Origin: Haliotis cracherodii | Lineage: Eukaryota | Length of the DNA: 64,000 nucleotides | Direction of reading: 5' to 3' | Assembly (NCBI RefSeq): GCF_022045235.1 | Contig: NW_027266266.1 | Span: 186,001 to 250,000, forward strand | Part shown: piece after piece, positions 59,586-64,000 of the stretch | Layout: each line of letters starts with the position of its first letter | How positions within the stretch are numbered: the first letter of the stretch is position 1 | Notes under the pieces: model-generated | Seen by the model: only the letters and a program-made list of their open reading frames with translations | The model's database searches: none | What the model was told of the DNA's origin: nothing | Program-made: the position numbers and the translations under genes

Positions 59586-62500
59586 GGTAACTTAATGAGG
59601 ACACAAGGAGAGGATGGTGGGGATCTTGTCTACCACGGTAACTTAATCAGGACACAAGGAGAGGGTAGCGGGGATCTTGTGTACAACGGTAACTTAATGA
59701 GGACACAAGGAGAGGGTAGTGGGGATCTTGTCTACCACGGTAACAATGAGGACACAAGGAGAGGGTTGGGGGATCTGGTCTACCACGGTAACTTAATGAG
59801 GACACAAGCAGAGGCTAGTGGGGATCTTGTCTACCACGGTAACTTAATGATGACACGAGGAGAGGATAGTGGGGATCTTGTCAACCACGGTAACTTAATG
59901 AGGACACAAGCAGAGGGTAGCGTGGATCTTCTCGTCCACGGTAACAATGAGGACACAAGGAGAAGGTAGTGGGGATCTGGTCTACTATGGTAACTTAATG
60001 AGGACACAAGCAGAGGGTAGTGGGGATCTTGTCTACCATGGTAACAATGAGGACACAAGCAGAGGGTAACGGGGATCTGGTCTACCATGGTAACTTAATG
60101 ATGACACAAGGAGAGGATAGTCGGGATCTTGTCTACCACGGTAACTTAATGAAGACACAAGGAGAGGATAGTTGGAATGTTGTCTACCACGATAACTTAA
60201 TGAAGACACGAGGAGAGGATAGTGGGGATCTTGTCTACCACGGTAACTTATTCAGGGCACAAGGCGAGGGTATCAGGGATCTTGTCAACCACGGTAACTT
60301 AATGAGGACACAAGCAGAGGGTAATGGGGATCTGGTCTACCACGGTAACTTAATGAGGACACAAGAAGAGGGTAGTGGGGATCTGGTCTACCTCGGTAAC
60401 TTAATGAGGACTCAAGCAGAGGGTAGCGGGGATCTGGTCTACCTCTGTAACTTAATGAGGACACAAGGAGAGGATAGCAGGGATCTGGTCTACCACGGAA
60501 ACTTCATGACGACACAAGGAGAGGGTATTGGGGATCTTGTCAACCACGGTAACTTAATGAGGACACAAGCAGAGGGTAATGGGGATCTTGTCTACCAAGG
60601 TAACCTAATGAAGACACCAGGAGAGGTTAGTGGGGATCATGGTCTACCTCCGTAACTTAATGAGGACACAAGAAGAGGGTAATGGGGATCTGGTCTACCA
60701 TGAAAACAATGACAAAAGGAGAGGTTAGTGGGAATCTGGTCTACCTCTGTAACTTAATGAGGAGACAAGGAGAGGATAGTGGGGATCTGGTCTACCACGG
60801 TAACTTCATGAGGACACAAGCAGAGGGTAATGGGGATCTTTTCTACCAAGGTAACTGAATGAGGACACCAGGAGAGGTTAGTGGGGATCATGGTCAACCT
60901 CCGTAACTTAATGAGGACACAAGTAGAGGGTAGCGGGGATCTTGTCTACCACGGTAACTTAATGAGGACACAAGGAGAGGGTAGTGGGGATCTTGTCTAC
61001 CACGGTAACTTAATGAGGAAACAAGCAGAGGGTAGTAGTGATCTGTTCTACCACGGTCAGTTAATTAGGACACAAGGACAGGACAGTGGGGATCTGGTCT
61101 ACCACGGTCACTTAATGAGGACACAAGGAGAGGGTAGCGGGGATCTGATCTACCTCGGTATCTTAATGAGGACACAAGGAGAGGGTCATGGGGATCTGGT
61201 CTACCACGGTAACTTAATGAGGACACAAGGAGAGGATGTTGGGGATCTGGTCTACCACGGTCACTCTATAAGGACACAAGGAGAGGATAGTGGGGATATT
61301 GTCTAGCACGGTAACTTAATGAGGACACAAGGAGAGGGTCATGGGGATCTGGTCTACCACGGTAACTTAATGAGGACACAATGAGAGGATAGTGGGTATC
61401 TTTTCTAACACGGTAACTTAATGATGACACAAGGAGAGGATAGTTGGCATGTTGTCTACCACGGTAACTTAATGATGACACAAAGAGAGGATAGTGGGGA
61501 TCTTGTCTACCACGGTAACTTAATAATGACACAATGAGAAGACAGTGGGTATCTTGTCAACCACGGTAACTTAATGATGAAACCAGGAGAGGGTAGCGGG
61601 GATCTGGTCTACCACGGTAACTAAATGACGACACAAGGAGAGGGTAGTGGGGATCTGGTCTACCATGGTAAGAATGAGGACACAAGAAGAGTGTAGTGGG
61701 GATTTTGTCTACCATGGTAACTTATTCAGGACACAAGCAGAGGGTAGTGTGGATCTGGTCTACCACGGTAACTTAATGAGGACACAAGGAGAGGGTAGCG
61801 GGGATCTGGTCTACCACGGTAACTTAATGCGTCACAGGGAGAGAATAGTGGTGATCTGGTTTACCACGGTAACTAAATGACGACACAAGCAGAGGGTAGC
61901 AGGGATCGTGTCTACCATGGTAACTTAATGAAGACACAAGGAAAGGGTAGTGGGGATCTTGTCTGCCACGGTAACTTAATGAGGACACAAGGCGAGGGTA
62001 TCAGGGATCTTGTCAACCACGGTAACTTAATGAGGACACAAGCAGAGGGTAGCGGAGATCTGGTCTACCAAGGTAACTTAATGAGGACACAAGGAGAGGG
62101 TAGTGGGGATCTGGTCTACCTCCGTAACTTAATGAGGACACAAGAAGAGGGTAGTGGGGATCTGGTCTACCACGGTAACTTAATGAGGACACAAGAAGAG
62201 GGTAGTGGGGATCTGGTCTACCTCCGTAACTTAATGAGGACACAAGAAGAGGGTAGTGGGGATCTGGTCTACCTCCGTAACTTAATGAGGACACAAGAAG
62301 AGGGTAGTGGGGATCTGGTCTACCATGAAAACAATGACAAAAGGAGAGGTGAGTGGGGATCTGGTCTACCTCTGTAACTTAATGAGGACTCAAGCAGAGG
62401 GTAGCGTGGATCTGGTCTACCAAGTTAACTTAATGAAGAGACAAGGAGAGGATAGTGGGGATCTTGTCTGCCACGGTAACTTAATGAGGACACAAGGCGA

Positions 62501-64000
62501 GGGTATTGGGGATCTTGTCAACCACGGTAACTTAATGAGGACACAAGCAGAGGGTAGCGGGGATCTGGTCTACTATGGTAACTTAATGATGACACAAGGA
62601 GAGGGTAGTAGGGATCTTGTCTACCACGGTAACTTAATGAGGAGACAAGGAGAGGATAGTTGGCATCTTTTCTACCACGGTAACGTAATGATGACACAAG
62701 GAGAGGATAGTTGGCATGTTGTCTACCACGGTAACTTAATGATGACACAAGGAGAGGATAGTGGGGATCTTGTCTACCACGGTAACTAAATGACGACACA
62801 AGGAGAGGATAGCAGGGATCTGGTCTACCACGGTAACTTCACGAGGACACAAGCAGAGGATAGTGGGGATCTTGTCTGCCACGGTAACTTCATGAGTACA
62901 CAAGGAGAGGATAGTGGGTATCTTTTCTAACACAGTAACTTAATGATGACACAAGGAGAGGATAGTTGGCATGTTGTCTACCACGGTAACTTAATGAGGT
63001 GACAAGGAGAGCATAGTTGGAATGTTGTCTACAATGGTAACTTAATGAGGACACAACCAGGGGGTAGTAGGGATCTGGTCTACCACCGTCACTTAATTAG
63101 GACACAAGGGCAGGACAGTCGGGATCTGGTCTACTTCGGTAACTTAATGAGGACACAAGGAGAGGGTAGTGGGGATCTGGTCTACCATGTTAACTTAATG
63201 CGGCACAAGGAGAGGATAGTGGGGATCTTGTCTACCACGGTAACTTAATGAGGACACAAGCAGAGGGTAGAAGGAATCTTGTCTACCACGGTAACTTAAT
63301 CAGGACACAAGGAGAGGGTAGTGGGGATCTGGTCTACCTCTGTAACTTAATGAGGACACAAGCAGAGGATAGTGGGGATCTTGTCTACCACGGTAACTTA
63401 ATGAGGACACAAGGAGAGGATAGTGGGGATCTTGTCTACCACGGTAACTTAATCAGGACACAAGGAGAGGGTAATGGGTATCTGGTCTATCTCGGTAACT
63501 TAATGAGGACAGAAGGAGAGGATAGTGGGGATCTGGTCTACCAAGGTAACTTCATGAGGACACAAGGAGAGGATGTTGGGGATCTGGTCTACCTCGGTCA
63601 TTTAATGAGGACACAAGGAAAGGATAGTGGGGATCTGGTGTACCACGGTCACTTAATGAGGACACAAGGAGAGGATAGTGGGCATCTTGTCTACCACGGA
63701 AACTTAATAATGACACAAGGAGAGGATAGCGGGGAATTTGTCTACCACAGTAACTTAATGATGAAACAAGGAGAGTTTGGCGGGGATCTGGTCTCCCTCG
63801 GTAACTTAATGAGGACTCAAGCAGAGGGTAGCGGGTATCTGGTCTACCTCTCTAACTTAATGAGGACACAAGGAGAGGATAGTGGGGATCTTGTCTACCA
63901 CGGTAAGAATGAGGACACAAGAAGAGTGTAGTGGGGATTTTGTCTACCATGGTAACTTAATGAGGACACAAGGAGAGGGTAGTGGGGATCTGGCCTACCA
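59586..64000. repeat. 51-bp minisatellite/satellite, >85 units, running off the window
   Basis: Unit GGTAACTTAATGAGGACACAAGGAGAGGGTAGTGGGGATCTTGTCTACCAC. Confidence 0.95.

Noticed and set aside
59490-63931. GNLMRTQGEGSGDLVYH repeat ORFs
   Set aside because: Satellite with frequent frame-breaking indels and stops.

Overview
Animal genomic DNA, AT-rich and repeat-dense. The repeat types and gene content suggest a marine invertebrate, probably a mollusc (inference only). Host genes: first coding exon of an acidic N-terminal protein (possibly SART3, minus), a complete 8-exon CYP2-clan cytochrome P450 (minus, 39370-23503, 488 aa), a single-coding-exon core-2/I-branching GlcNAc transferase (45852-47162) and a RING/B-box/B-box/coiled-coil TRIM gene (from 56126). 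The main feature is a 10.3-kb Polinton/Maverick-type insertion (7678-17975) with ~520-bp TIRs, AGTAG...CTACT ends and a perfect 6-bp ACAGAC target-site duplication. It carries a broken protein-primed PolB, a BIR (IAP) gene, Cys-rich proteins and an H1-tail-like basic protein, but no recognisable integrase, capsid, ATPase or protease. The element has three replication-dependent histone mRNA 3'-end signals (stem-loop, ACCCA, purine-rich downstream element) oriented behind non-histone genes; two of them form the inner edge of the TIRs. It also has a repeated CCAAT/TATA promoter cassette. Together these suggest a virus-like element that uses the host histone (SLBP/U7, S-phase) expression pathway. 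The rest of the window is a decayed LINE with a 2A-like peptide, Tc1/mariner/Kolobok-like remnants, SINEs, Penelope-like palindromes and many minisatellites, three of which are amplified copies of the CYP gene's own splice donors.
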